The notes: a model not told the origin generated them from the sequence alone. A stretch of DNA of 64,000 nt from Vulcanimicrobiota bacterium (GCA_963714015.1 OY970223.1:1056001-1120000); one strand, 5' to 3'. Shown: positions 1 to 10,060, counted from the first letter of the stretch. Made by a program: numbers and translations.

Positions 1-1216
1 CGGAGCGTAATCTGATCCGACCCATACGGCAAACGGTGGTCCGGGCGGCGTCGCGGCAATCGAAAACGGCTTGATCGGCACGCTCACTTCGTCAATGATG
101 CCGTTGCTGCCGATGCGGGCGACCTTAGACGCGGTATACTCGGTGAACCATATCGCTCCATTCGGAGCTACGGTGATGGCGAAAGGTCCGCCGTTCGCAG
201 TAGGCGCTTTGTGCCTAGTAATCCGGCCCGCCGCGTCGAGTTCGTCAACCGTATCGTGAGCATAGTCGGTGAACCAAACCGCATGTGGCGTGCCGACGAT
301 GCGGACAGCGATGTCGGAAGTCTGATACGTTTTCTCTAGCGAGCCCGAAGCAGTGAACTCGAAAAATGCGCTACCGCTCGGGAGACCATTCGAGTAAGTA
401 TGCGTCATTGCCCAGACGTTGCCGTTCGGCCCGTTGGTGATAAAGAACAGATCGCATGGTGAATTTTCGCCCTGCAGCCGGCATATTGTAGGAAGGTGCG
501 CGGGGTAGAGGCGAGAGCCGGACGGGCCGCCTGCTCCTAGCCAGAGCTTTCCATTTGACGCACGTAGAATGGAAACGATGTCACCGGTTGCGTTCGCAAA
601 ATTATGGTTGTAGGCGGATGGCGGCGTTTTCGCAGACCCCGATCCGCCCCACTCGAGCTTGCTGAACGGTATGTAGCTCGTTATCCGGATAGTAACTATA
701 ATCGCTAGCCCATAGCACGGATGAGAAATCGGCCGCGTCGATCGCGCTCGCGTTGCCTACCGAGCACGAATACTGGTTGGGAGCGGGTATGCCGTTGCAG
801 GTTGGTCCATTAGGATCCGACTCAAAGTACGGCCCACGAGGGGTGGTCAACGTAAAGCTGCCGCCCTGGTATCGATAGATGCCGTCGGTCCCGATCTGCC
901 CCTGGCCGGCTGTCGAGCATTTGTCTGCATACAGGCAGAAGCCGGGAACGCCGTTCTGAGTGCTTCCGAAATACACGGCACCTTCGGCATCGACTGAAAC
1001 AACTTCCGCATTTGCATTGTCTGGAAGATTGACCGTGGTCACCCTGAACGAAGTGCCGCTCAATGTTCGACTCGTCGTACCGAAAACATAGCGGCTGATT
1101 GGTAACGCATGAGTGGACGACCCACCGCCGCATGCTGCCATGGTGAACGCGCATGCGAGATACGCCAAAACAAGATAGCAGGACCGCCGGTTATTGCTCC
1201 ACCCGACCCGTCTCAT
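1..1216 (-). CDS. Lipoprotein with Vgb/NHL-like beta-propeller repeats (frameshifted near 655-680; runs off the left edge)
   Basis: ORF 602-1216 has a lipobox (MAAC-GGG) and an RBS (GAGGAGG). Shifting frame near 660 gives an open frame to base 1 with ITNGPNGNVW, VWFTDY and ITVAPNGAIWFTEY repeats typical of the Vgb family. Confidence 0.7.
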
Positions 1217-1344
1217 AATCTACGCACCTCCTCATCTACTCTACAATGGACGCGAAGTCACGAGTGTGTAGGCCTGCTGGGGAATAACGGGAGGGGCCAA
1301 AAGTGTTAGCTTATGTGCTGATGCTGCGGCGGCCGGCGGATTAA

Positions 1345-1370
1345 GCATAACGCGTATATCTGGTTTATGC
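1345..1370. promoter_or_regulatory. Inverted repeat GCATAA-N14-TTATGC in a divergent intergenic region (possible operator)
   Basis: Perfect 6-bp arms in an AT-richer stretch between divergent genes; function is inferred only. Confidence 0.25.
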
Positions 1371-1496
1371 CGAAAAACGGCTGCAAGTTCGCAAGGGAAT
1401 CAAGCGTCGGAAGGGTATCGCTCGTGCCCGCAGGCCGTACCGGCCGCTCGGGAGCGGCGGCGGGAAACTGTTCCTGCGGCAAAGTTCTCGCCTGCT

Positions 1497-2627
1497 ATGA
1501 GCGTGGTGCCCCAGCTGCGCGTAGTGCGTAAGGCCGTTTCCCTCCATGCATGCGTAAAATACGCTCATCTTGTGCTTGGGCAATTTGCGCGCTTAGGCGA
1601 CGAAGTGGCGCGCCGCTGGCAGAGCCAGGGCAACCAGCTCGAAGTTTTCGCCGGCGTTGCGACGGCGGCGCTTGCAGAATCGCGTGTGTTGGATGCCGTC
1701 GATTTTGAAGACGTTGTGCGCTGGGCGCTTGCGTCCGACAATATGCCGGAACAGCGTTTGCGGCCCTTCGGCCAGCCGCCCCTCAACGTTTATCAAGGAA
1801 CGAATTTCTACATCGAGCTCCTGTTCTGGATCGACACGCCGACGGGAATTCACGACCACGCTTTCAGCGGGGCCTTCGGCGTGCTGAGCGGATCCAGCTT
1901 TCACTCGCAGTACCATTTTCAGACCGCCGAGCGCCTCTGCCCTGAATTACATTTAGGCGAGTTGCATTTGGACTCGGCGGAGATTCTGCGCCGGGGTGAC
2001 GTTCGCACGATTCATCCGGGTAATCAGTTCATCCATTCCGTTCTGCATTTGGATTCCCCCTCGGTCACTCTCGTGGTCCGAACGGGATATCTGCCCTTCT
2101 ACGCGCCGCAGCTGATGTACCATCCGTCCGGTATCGCAGAGCACGGTCAGTTCAAGGGTGAGCCGCAGACGACGCGGGCGGCGCTTCTTCGAATGCTGCA
2201 ACGGACCAATCAGCAACTGTTCCTTGAATGCGCGATCGACACAATCCGCAACGGTGATTTATGGACGGCGTTCAAGGCGGTGCAAATGGCGGCGAACGAC
2301 GCATCGCATTGGGACACGTTCGCGCGGCTGCTGCACGTGCTGAGCTTGCGCCGCAGCGACTTGGCCGAAGCGATGTGCCGCGTTCCAAAACGCATGCGCG
2401 CCGAGCTCGCGATCACGGAAGCAATGCGTGCAACGCGCGATCCCGCGCATCGGTTCTATCTTGCGATGCTTCTCAACGTACCGGCACGGGACATGTTCGA
2501 GAGCATCGTACAGATGGGGTATCCCGGCGCAGACCACAACGAGCTGCTGACACAATGGAGGACCGATCTTGCGGCGCTGGGCGTAACGCTGCCTGCCGAA
2601 CCGCCGCGGCGGCCCGTACCGGCGTAG
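1497..2627 (+). CDS. Cysteine-dioxygenase-like cupin protein with a C-terminal helical extension
   Basis: FWIDTPTGIHDH...GVLSG and FIHSVLHLDSPSVTL resemble cupin motifs 1 and 2 (HxH...H). The true start may be downstream of 1497. Confidence 0.6.
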   Translation: MSVVPQLRVVRKAVSLHACVKYAHLVLGQFARLGDEVARRWQSQGNQLEVFAGVATAALAESRVLDAVDFEDVVRWALASDNMPEQRLRPFGQPPLNVYQGTNFYIELLFWIDTPTGIHDHAFSGAFGVLSGSSFHSQYHFQTAERLCPELHLGELHLDSAEILRRGDVRTIHPGNQFIHSVLHLDSPSVTLVVRTGYLPFYAPQLMYHPSGIAEHGQFKGEPQTTRAALLRMLQRTNQQLFLECAIDTIRNGDLWTAFKAVQMAANDASHWDTFARLLHVLSLRRSDLAEAMCRVPKRMRAELAITEAMRATRDPAHRFYLAMLLNVPARDMFESIVQMGYPGADHNELLTQWRTDLAALGVTLPAEPPRRPVPA

Positions 2628-2687
2628 CATCCGAAGGAGATTGCCCTTCCGCCGGCCATAGTCAGGCCGAAAAAGGCGGTGCCGTCC

Positions 2688-4010
2688 ATGTTCGCACATC
2701 TCGCACTTTTTGCCGCGTTGATAACCGCGCATCCATTCGGAGTCGACGACTACACGTCGCTCCGATCGGCCGTTCCGCATGCCGTAAACAGGGCCGGGAC
2801 GCTCGGTCATCACGAAGTTCACAGTTTCATCGACTTTGCAGCGCGGATGCGTCGCATCATGTTGCGACGATTTACGATCCCGCGGCGTCGATTGCATGGA
2901 TGACGGCGGAAAAACGCTCGCGGTGCTGAGCACGTCCACGCCGATTTGACGCCCGAACATATCTACACGGTTTCCGCAACGGGCGGAACGGCGATCGATC
3001 GGACTCCCGATCTGGCCGGGACCGCAATGGGATTGAAATGCGACCCGGCGGGACGCGTCTGGGTGCTGGTGGCGCGCGGTGTTCAAATGGAAGTGGATCG
3101 CTTCGCCGGTGGAACGCTTCAGCGCGCTTACGCCGTACCGAACGGCACGTTGACCGATCCGCCGGTGTTTTCGCCGCTGCACGGCTCGTCCTCGGTCATG
3201 GCGTTAACCGTTGCAGATGCCGCGCACTCCGCGAACGTTGCCGTGCCGATCGGCACCAAACTCCGGCGAATTACGCGCGAAGGCGACGGTTTGCTCGCGC
3301 GCGTGGCGCTGGGAAAAGTGGAAGTCGTGCATTGGCAAGGACCGGATACGGCGCTCAGTGCGATCGTGACGTTTCCTGCGGGATACGCAGCGGGGAGACG
3401 ATATCCGTTCGTGATGCTTCCGCACGGAGGTCCTGAAGCGAGCGATCTTCTCGCATTAGATCCCATTGCGCGCATGGTTTCCGGGCACGGCTACGTCGTG
3501 ATGCAGCCGGAATACCGCGGATCGACGGGTGTGAATGCCGCTTTTACGGCGGCGATCTATCAACACTTCGGCGATCGCGCGTTTGCGGACGTGGAAAGCG
3601 GGACGGATTATGCCGTCAAGCAGGGCTGGGCCGATCCGAAACGGCTTGCAATGTTCGGCTGGAGCGCGGGCGGCTTTATGACGTCATGGGCGGTGACGCA
3701 GACGGCGCGCTATCGCGCAGCGATCGAAGGAGCCGGAATTACGGATTGGCTCAGCTTCGTTCCGACGAGCGATCTCTCGCAGATCGACTATGACGCGCGC
3801 TCCCACATTACGGATCCTAACGCGTTTCTCAAGTTCTCACCGGTCATGTTCGCGAACCGCGTGACGACTCCACTATTGATTCTGCACGGCGAATCCGACG
3901 TTCGGGTGCCGACGTTTCAAGGCCGCGAATACTTCATCTTTTTGCGCGAGCTCGGGAAAACGGTAAGAATGGTGACGTATGGCTGCACCGGTACGATCCG
4001 TGATGCGTGA
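2688..4010 (+). pseudogene. Degraded S9 (prolyl oligopeptidase/acylaminoacyl peptidase) family peptidase
   Basis: Signal peptide at 2688; PHGGPE, YRGSTG, GWSAGG (Ser) and ESDVRVP (Asp) are present. Several frame breaks at about 2800-2945, a shortened propeller, and the ORF stops (VTYGCTGTIRDA*) before the catalytic His. Confidence 0.75.
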
Positions 4011-4051
4011 CGAAGGGGGCCGCCGTCGGCCGGCCCCCTTCGATCGTACCG
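3989..4051. terminator. Nested inverted repeat between convergent genes (terminator or REP-like)
   Basis: Inner perfect 12-bp stem CGAAGGGGGCCG (4011-4022) / CGGCCCCCTTCG (4031-4042); outer 10-bp arms CGGTACGATC (3989-3998) / GATCGTACCG (4042-4051). Confidence 0.6.
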
Positions 4052-4057
4052 TTCGAA

Positions 4058-4600
4058 TCAGGTCGGCGTTCGCGCGGCGCTGCCGATTTCGCCCATCTCG
4101 CTTCGGCCGGGGGTCGCCGCTGAATTAAACTGCAGTGCGCTGCGGAATTCGCGCACGGACGTCGTCAGCAGCTGTGCATGCATCGGGTCGGCGCCTTTCT
4201 GCAAATGCGGAAAGGCCGAGGACTCTTCGTCGTCGATGTGCTCCAGAACGGCCTTCTGCAGCTTTTCTGCGGTGGTCGTGAAGTTGCCGTCCTTGCCTTC
4301 TTTGAGCATCGTATCGAGTTCAAAGACCAAAATGTCGGCTTCGGCAGTTTCGTGGTAGAGTTTTCGTGCCTCGCCCTTCTTGTGCGCCACTTCACTGAGC
4401 GCCGGATACACGAGATTCTCTTCGGTTGCGTTATGAATCGTGAGCGCCGCTTTGAGTTGTTCGAGGGTCTGCTTGCGGCTTGGCGCCGCGGTCGACTCAG
4501 TGAGCGCACTGAGCAGCCGCTTGATCTGCTGATGATCGCTAATAAGGATTTCGACGGTGTCGCTGCCTCGCACGGGGAGGGGATCCAGGTTGCTTTGCAT
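4058..4600 (-). CDS. Hemerythrin/HHE cation-binding domain protein
   Basis: LISDHQQI, HNATEENLVYP and HIDDEE motifs; alternative start at 4618. Confidence 0.85.
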   Translation of the reverse strand: MQSNLDPLPVRGSDTVEILISDHQQIKRLLSALTESTAAPSRKQTLEQLKAALTIHNATEENLVYPALSEVAHKKGEARKLYHETAEADILVFELDTMLKEGKDGNFTTTAEKLQKAVLEHIDDEESSAFPHLQKGADPMHAQLLTTSVREFRSALQFNSAATPGRSEMGEIGSAARTPT

Positions 4601-4707
4601 AGGGACCTCGTTGTTCATCGGGTGCGGTCGTTTCGATACCCGAAGCCGCCGCCCGCAAAACGGAGCACTCTGGGCGCGTTCCCAGGATTGCGGGCTACAC
4701 TCGCGGC

Positions 4708-5208
4708 ATGAAAAATGCCATCGTAGCGCTGTTTATTGCAGCGATTTCCCTAACCGCGACCGTTGCGGCACAGGCGCAAGAGCAGGGGCCGCCCTCGCAA
4801 ATACGCGCGCAAATGGAGCAGATTCGCTCCAGCGCCAGAACGGCCGCGTTCAACGATCTCTCCTCCGATCACCGTGCACGAGTGCAGGCGATCATCAACC
4901 AAGTGAACAGCGGATCGCTGGATCGGCAAGCCGCCGCTCAACAGATAGATGAAGTGCTTTCACCTTCCGAGTCTCAGGCGATCCTTGCGCAAGGTTCCAA
5001 AATGCGTGACGCGATGCGCACGATGTACCAGCAGCGCTTTCAGCAAAACGGCGCTGAATCGCAAAGCGCCGGCGCGCAAGGCTGGCATGGCGGCGGACAA
5101 CGTGGACCGGGCGGCCCTGGGGGATCAGGCATGCAGCGACGCGCCCCCGATGCGGGACGCATGCTTCTCATGCTCGGCGCGAACCGGCCCCAGCCTCAAC
5201 CGCGCTAG
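4708..5208 (+). CDS. Secreted helical Gln/Gly-rich protein (Spy/CpxP-like)
   Basis: Signal peptide ending AQA; helical Q-rich body with LSxxxxQ-like segments; TACACT -10-like hexamer just upstream of the ATG. Confidence 0.6.
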   Translation: MKNAIVALFIAAISLTATVAAQAQEQGPPSQIRAQMEQIRSSARTAAFNDLSSDHRARVQAIINQVNSGSLDRQAAAQQIDEVLSPSESQAILAQGSKMRDAMRTMYQQRFQQNGAESQSAGAQGWHGGGQRGPGGPGGSGMQRRAPDAGRMLLMLGANRPQPQPR

Positions 5209-5216
5209 TAATCTGG

Positions 5217-5265
5217 GCGGGTTCGGCGGCGCCGCGCGCGATGCGTGTCTTGCTGCTGAACCCGC
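5217..5265. terminator. Hairpin between convergent genes (bidirectional terminator-like)
   Basis: GCGGGTTCGGCGGC (5217-5230) pairs with GCTGCTGAACCCGC (5252-5265) with two G-U wobbles. Confidence 0.55.
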
Positions 5266-5271
5266 GACTCG

Positions 5272-6183
5272 TTAGGGGACTTGCGTGAGATACTTTTGGA
5301 ACCACGCAATCGTGCGGCTCCAAGCATCGCTTGCAGCGCCGGGCACATAACGAGGCCGCGTATCGTCGAAGAATGCATGTCCGGCTTCAGCGTAGATCTT
5401 CACGTCGTGCGGAGCGGTAAGCTGCGAGAACATTTCACGCACGTCATCCGGTTTGATGGACGTGTCGCGCGCTCCGAAACTGCCGAGGAGCGGCGTCGTA
5501 ATCTGCTTGGTGAAGTCGAACGTAGAGACGGTCGTGGGCGCGTCGCTCGCAGTGCCGGGCCGAACGCTGCCGTAGAACATGGCTGCGGCTCCATATATCG
5601 TCGATCCGATGATCTGTTCGAGCGTTATGCCGCCTCCCATGCAAAAACCGACGATTCCGGTCTTGGCCTGCGCCGATTGTTCGACCGTCCAATCGTGTGC
5701 GGCGTCGATATCCGTTGAAACGAATCCCTGTTGCGTCATACGCTCCGCGGCCGCGGCGAACGGCGCAATGTCGGTTGCGCCGTCGCCGTCCGGGGCGTTC
5801 ACGCGGCTAAAGAGCAGCGGCGCCGCCGTCACGTAACCGGCTTTCGCAAACCGTCGGACGACGTCTCGAATCTGCGCATCGACGCCCCAGATTTGTTGAA
5901 CTACGACGACGCCGGCAGTGCCCGGACGAAACCCGCGCGGCACCGCGGCGTAAGCCTGAATCGGTCCGCCGGTGACCGGCCGCAACTGCGGTCGAGAGAC
6001 GATAATGGCCGGATCGTCTTCGGCCACGAACGGCGGATGCGGCTTTCCCAGCTGGTCTTGGCCTTGAGCCGCTGCCGTTCCGGCGGCAAGTCCGGCTAGG
6101 GCCGCCGAGCCAAATACCGCAAAACCTTTGCGGGAAATAGCCGCCGACGTTGCATTGAGCGGATCAGTGAACTCTTCGCGCAT
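5272..6183 (-). CDS. Dienelactone hydrolase family protein with a Tat-like signal
   Basis: GFCMGG nucleophile, ARDTSI (Asp) and AGHAF (His); N-terminal SRKGF plus hydrophobic stretch. Confidence 0.88.
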   Translation of the reverse strand: MREEFTDPLNATSAAISRKGFAVFGSAALAGLAAGTAAAQGQDQLGKPHPPFVAEDDPAIIVSRPQLRPVTGGPIQAYAAVPRGFRPGTAGVVVVQQIWGVDAQIRDVVRRFAKAGYVTAAPLLFSRVNAPDGDGATDIAPFAAAAERMTQQGFVSTDIDAAHDWTVEQSAQAKTGIVGFCMGGGITLEQIIGSTIYGAAAMFYGSVRPGTASDAPTTVSTFDFTKQITTPLLGSFGARDTSIKPDDVREMFSQLTAPHDVKIYAEAGHAFFDDTRPRYVPGAASDAWSRTIAWFQKYLTQVP

Positions 6184-6239
6184 GCTGCGGCGCTTCGATA
6201 AGCGTTTCGCCTTGTCCGGCAACACGAAGTGCAGCGAGG

Positions 6240-7067
6240 CTAAAAGAGCAACGTTTTGAATTCGCCGACCTGCTGAAAACCAATACGGCGGTATAGGCTC
6301 AGCGCCGGTTCGTTGAACCCGTTGACGTACAAACTGAGCGATGGAACCTCATCCAGCAGCGCTTCGCAGACACCATAGAGCGCGGCGCTCGCGAGTCCTT
6401 TGCCGCGCAGTTTGGGCGGCGTCCAGATACCTTGCAGTTGCAACGTTTGCGGACTGCGCGGTCCGGCGTTGCAGAAGAAGCAGAGTTCTCCGTCCTGCTC
6501 GCCGACCCACCACAGCCCTCGATCGATCATCATCCGCACGTTAGAGGTGAATTCCGCAGCGAAGCTTCGCGGATCGTAGTCGAGTTCGTGCTCGATCATC
6601 TTGGCGGAATTGTACGCGACGCTCTCCCATTCGGAGGGGCGCGCTTTGCGCACGATAACGCGATTGCGGCTCCCTTTGAGCGCAGCGGAGTCGACTGCGA
6701 GCACTGGTTGACTCTCACGAACCACGCGCGGCGGCGTATGCCAGCCCTTCACGTGTTCCCAAAACTCTTCGATCGCGGGTTTGACGCCGACGATCATTCG
6801 CTCGAAGCGGTACGCCGGCGCAACCTCCGCAAACGCAGCGGCAACCCCCGCTTCGTCGGCAGAAAGAACGACTTGCCGTCCGAAGAAAGCCGCGCCGCGG
6901 ATGTGCGCTTGCGCGTCGACATAGACATACAGCGCCGACCGCGTCGCGCTCGATCGATCGTTGGCGATGAGCCACGACAGAAAAACGTTGTCAAACGGTG
7001 CCTTGGCCAGATAAGCCAGCGCTGCACGCTCATGCGCGCGCACGAGACGCTGCACGCCCGGCTGCAT
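6240..7067 (-). CDS. GNAT family acetyltransferase (tandem GNAT, DUF4081-like)
   Basis: IWTPPKLRGKGLA acetyl-CoA motif and NEPALSLYRRIGF. Confidence 0.85.
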   Translation of the reverse strand: MQPGVQRLVRAHERAALAYLAKAPFDNVFLSWLIANDRSSATRSALYVYVDAQAHIRGAAFFGRQVVLSADEAGVAAAFAEVAPAYRFERMIVGVKPAIEEFWEHVKGWHTPPRVVRESQPVLAVDSAALKGSRNRVIVRKARPSEWESVAYNSAKMIEHELDYDPRSFAAEFTSNVRMMIDRGLWWVGEQDGELCFFCNAGPRSPQTLQLQGIWTPPKLRGKGLASAALYGVCEALLDEVPSLSLYVNGFNEPALSLYRRIGFQQVGEFKTLLF

Positions 7068-7837
7068 TAGCTGAACTTGAGCACGAATGTCGGTTTACTC
7101 GTCGGCTGCTTACTGCCGCCTTCGGGTTCAACGGTTACTGCGACGGCTGCCACGTTCGCAGCATTCCCCGGAACGGGCACCACCGCAACACCGCCGGAGT
7201 TCGGAACGAAGGTTACCGACGGCGACATCAGCGTCGCTCCGGCGCGAAGGGTCCAGGCTTGATAGACTTTTCCTCGCGGCGGCGGCGGCAGCGCGTCCAT
7301 TGCGATGTAGAGCCGGGAGCCGTGTTTGAGCACCTCGCCGTTCGCAACGGCGTAGCGCTGGGAATCAGGGGCGATTAAGTCCGCCATTTCGAGCCGCTGA
7401 AGAGCCAGTTCCCGAACCAGCTGCGTCTTGTTGCCGTTGAGCTGCGACACCGTCGTCTGCGCCGAGTGCAGTTCTTCGCTCAGCGAGGTGTTGAAGATGG
7501 ACGTGATCAGCGCAACGGCCAAGCAGGCCGCTGCAACCGCGTACGCGGGCCACACGATGGGACGCACCGCACGCATCTCGCCGACATTCGGGCGGACTTG
7601 CTGCATGATGCGCTTTTTTAATAGCGGGCTGGGCGGAGCGATGGTGCCGGTCCGCGGATCTTCGCACGCTTCCGCCGCATAGCCGACCGCTGCCGCGGCG
7701 GGAGCGAGTTCGGAGTATTCGCGCCGGCAGTCCGCGCACGCAGCCAAATGTTCGCGGACGGCTGTGGCCTCTTGCGGCGGCAGCGTGCCCAGCGCGTACA
7801 CCGCGACCGAATCGAGCATTTCCTGATGCGAATTCAT
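7067..7837 (-). CDS. Anti-sigma factor, RskA-like with a ZAS zinc finger
   Basis: HLAACADC (HxxxCxxC), one TM helix, LPPPPRGKVYQAW and VAVTVEPEGGSKQPT typical of RskA. Confidence 0.88.
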   Translation of the reverse strand: MNSHQEMLDSVAVYALGTLPPQEATAVREHLAACADCRREYSELAPAAAAVGYAAEACEDPRTGTIAPPSPLLKKRIMQQVRPNVGEMRAVRPIVWPAYAVAAACLAVALITSIFNTSLSEELHSAQTTVSQLNGNKTQLVRELALQRLEMADLIAPDSQRYAVANGEVLKHGSRLYIAMDALPPPPRGKVYQAWTLRAGATLMSPSVTFVPNSGGVAVVPVPGNAANVAAVAVTVEPEGGSKQPTSKPTFVLKFS

Positions 7838-8364
7838 ACGGCGACTCCGCCTTCCAACGCGGCGCGCAAGCGACGTAAACCGCTGCGGATTCGCGTCTTG
7901 ACCGTACCGAGCGGAAGATCGTAACGGCGAGCGATCTCCTCGTGCGTTATTCCGCCGAAGAATCCGAGCTCGATGGGGTCGCGTTGATCCGCGGGCAGTT
8001 GGGCGAGCGCGGCGCGAACACGCACCGCATCCAACTTCGCGAAGGCCCGCTCCTCAAAACGATCGTCATCCGGAATGGTCTCCGGCAATTCGTCGTGACT
8101 GCGCGCTTTGCTGCGAAGTACATCGAGCGCGCGGTTTCGCGTGACGCGAACGACCCAGCCTGCAAAGTTGCCGGACTGGAACACGTTGGGCGAACTCCAA
8201 ATTTTGAGAAATACTCCTTGAGTCACGTCTTCGGCGCTTGCGGCATCTCCCAGCATGCGAAGCGCCACGCCGTACACCAGGCGGTGGTAGCCGTCGTAGA
8301 GCGTTTCAAAAGCGTCCGCATCCCGCGCGCGAACCCGCTGCATGAGCCGGCTTGCTTCGTCCAC
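7834..8364 (-). CDS. ECF RNA polymerase sigma-70 factor (SigK-like)
   Basis: AEDVTQGVFLKIW, RNRALD and THEEIA...PLGTVKTRIRSGL; GTG start at 8364 chosen to avoid overlap with the sirtuin. Confidence 0.9.
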   Translation of the reverse strand: MDEASRLMQRVRARDADAFETLYDGYHRLVYGVALRMLGDAASAEDVTQGVFLKIWSSPNVFQSGNFAGWVVRVTRNRALDVLRSKARSHDELPETIPDDDRFEERAFAKLDAVRVRAALAQLPADQRDPIELGFFGGITHEEIARRYDLPLGTVKTRIRSGLRRLRAALEGGVAV

Positions 8365-8421
8365 TCGTTGCTCTTTCGCTTCACCGGGAGCGTCCCCCGG
8401 CTTTATAACGAAGCATCCGCC

Positions 8422-9144
8422 ATGACGGATGCACTCGTGCAAATTCTGGCAGACGCGCGCTCCGTGTTCGTGCTCACCGGAGCCGGTATCTCGGCTGAAA
8501 GCGGCCTGGCCACGTTTCGCGGTCAAGACGGCCACTGGCAGCGGCATCGCGTCGAAGATCTTGCGTCCCCGCAGGGTTTTGCGCGTGACCCCTTGCTGGT
8601 TTGGCGCTGGTACAACGAGCGCATCGCGGCATGCACGGCGGCCCAGCCGAACGCCGGGCATCGGGCGCTGGTCGAGTTGGAAGCACTGGTGCCGAAACTT
8701 ACGCTTGCTACGCAAAACGTGGACTCGCTGCACGTCCGAGCCGGAACCGGCGATGTTTTGGAGCTGCACGGTCATTTGCGTGAAGCCCGCTGCACGGGCT
8801 GCGGCGCAACGCAGTCGCTCGCGCGCGGCATGCCGGAGAACGGCATTCTGCACGAATGCGGCGGACGGTTCCGGCCGCAAGTCGTTTGGTTCGGCGAGAT
8901 GCTGCCGGCAGATACACTCGCAGCAGCGCAAACGGCGGCGCAACGTGCGGACGTCATCTTGGCCGTCGGAACCTCGGCGCAGGTTTATCCGGCGGCGGCG
9001 CTAGCGCTCCAAGACACCGGCGCTTATCTGGCGGAGATCAATCCGGACGCGACCGGAATCAGCGATCGGTGTGATGCCACCATCCGGGAAGCGGCGGCGA
9101 CGGCGCTTCCGCGGATCGTGCGGGCTCTTCGTAGTCTCCGGTGA
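8422..9144 (+). CDS. cobB: NAD-dependent protein deacylase (sirtuin)
   Basis: LTGAGISAESG, TQNVDSLH, ELHG, CxxC, RPQVVWFGE, GTSAQVYPAA. Confidence 0.92.
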   Translation: MTDALVQILADARSVFVLTGAGISAESGLATFRGQDGHWQRHRVEDLASPQGFARDPLLVWRWYNERIAACTAAQPNAGHRALVELEALVPKLTLATQNVDSLHVRAGTGDVLELHGHLREARCTGCGATQSLARGMPENGILHECGGRFRPQVVWFGEMLPADTLAAAQTAAQRADVILAVGTSAQVYPAAALALQDTGAYLAEINPDATGISDRCDATIREAAATALPRIVRALRSLR

Positions 9145-10060
9145 TTGGCGGAAGCTCGGGCATCGCAGCGATTGCATCGTCGTATCCGCAGAAATGTGCC
9201 GGCTGGGGTGTTGGTTTCGCCGCCGCAGGTGCATCAGGTTCCGGCGCAATCACCGTTTCCAGTGCAGAGATCTCCGGCGGTAGGCGCAGCAGCTCTTCGT
9301 CGCCGCGCTTTGCCAGACCGCGCACCAAATACGCTTGCTGAAGCCGGCGTAATCCGGCCAGCGGCAGCGTCGTTACGGGCAATCCGACGAAGAGGTCTTT
9401 AACCGCTTCGAACGTCGATGCGGCTGCCAGAATGTTCGCGTTGAGGTCTTCCGCCGCTTGCTGCAGCCTGGCTGCAACGTTCGCGGGATTGCCGACCACG
9501 GCGAATTCGCGGCGCTGAGCGAATCCAACCTCGCCCGCAACGACGTTTCCGCTGTTTACCCCGATGTATACCTGAAACGGACGGCGCCCTTGCGTTTGCC
9601 AGCGCACGTTCATTGCGTTCGCCAGCCGCACGATACGCAGCGCCGCACGCAGAGCGCGATCTTCTTGAAAGACGTCCGAGGTCAAAACGCCGAAGACGGC
9701 GGTGATGCCGTCGGAGTGCAGGCGCTCGATCAATCCGCCGTGCCGCACGATCGCGCGTCCCGCCACCGCGTAAAACTCGTTCAGATGACGCAGCGTATCT
9801 TCAGCGCTGAGCTCCTCCGCGAAAAAACCGAAGTTGCGGATCCGGCAGCACAGCACCGTTGCATAGTGGCGCCGAGCCCAGAGGAGGCGCAGATCCGGGC
9901 GCGAGAGGATCTCGTTCACGGCTTGTTCGGGGACATACCGCGCGAACAGCTCCCGCACGCGCAGAAGTTCGGCGCGTTCGTTGAAGAAGCGCCACGCCAA
10001 GACGGCGACGCCGCCGAAGAGCGCGGCGGCCGCAAATCCGGCCAGTAAGGGGAAAACCAT
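9059..10060 (-). CDS. Membrane-anchored class III adenylate/guanylate cyclase domain protein (degenerate active site)
   Basis: N-terminal TM, LFARYVP, IGVNSGNVVAGEVG and GNPANVAARL; Pro-rich tail overlaps the 3' end of cobB. Confidence 0.8.
   Translation of the reverse strand: MVFPLLAGFAAAALFGGVAVLAWRFFNERAELLRVRELFARYVPEQAVNEILSRPDLRLLWARRHYATVLCCRIRNFGFFAEELSAEDTLRHLNEFYAVAGRAIVRHGGLIERLHSDGITAVFGVLTSDVFQEDRALRAALRIVRLANAMNVRWQTQGRRPFQVYIGVNSGNVVAGEVGFAQRREFAVVGNPANVAARLQQAAEDLNANILAAASTFEAVKDLFVGLPVTTLPLAGLRRLQQAYLVRGLAKRGDEELLRLPPEISALETVIAPEPDAPAAAKPTPQPAHFCGYDDAIAAMPELPPITGDYEEPARSAEAPSPPLPGWWHHTDR

Noticed and set aside
7834..9144. Long mutually overlapping N-terminal extensions of the sigma factor (369 aa) and sirtuin (400 aa)
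   Set aside because: The extensions are antisense read-through of the neighbouring gene; family similarity begins at 8364 and 8422.
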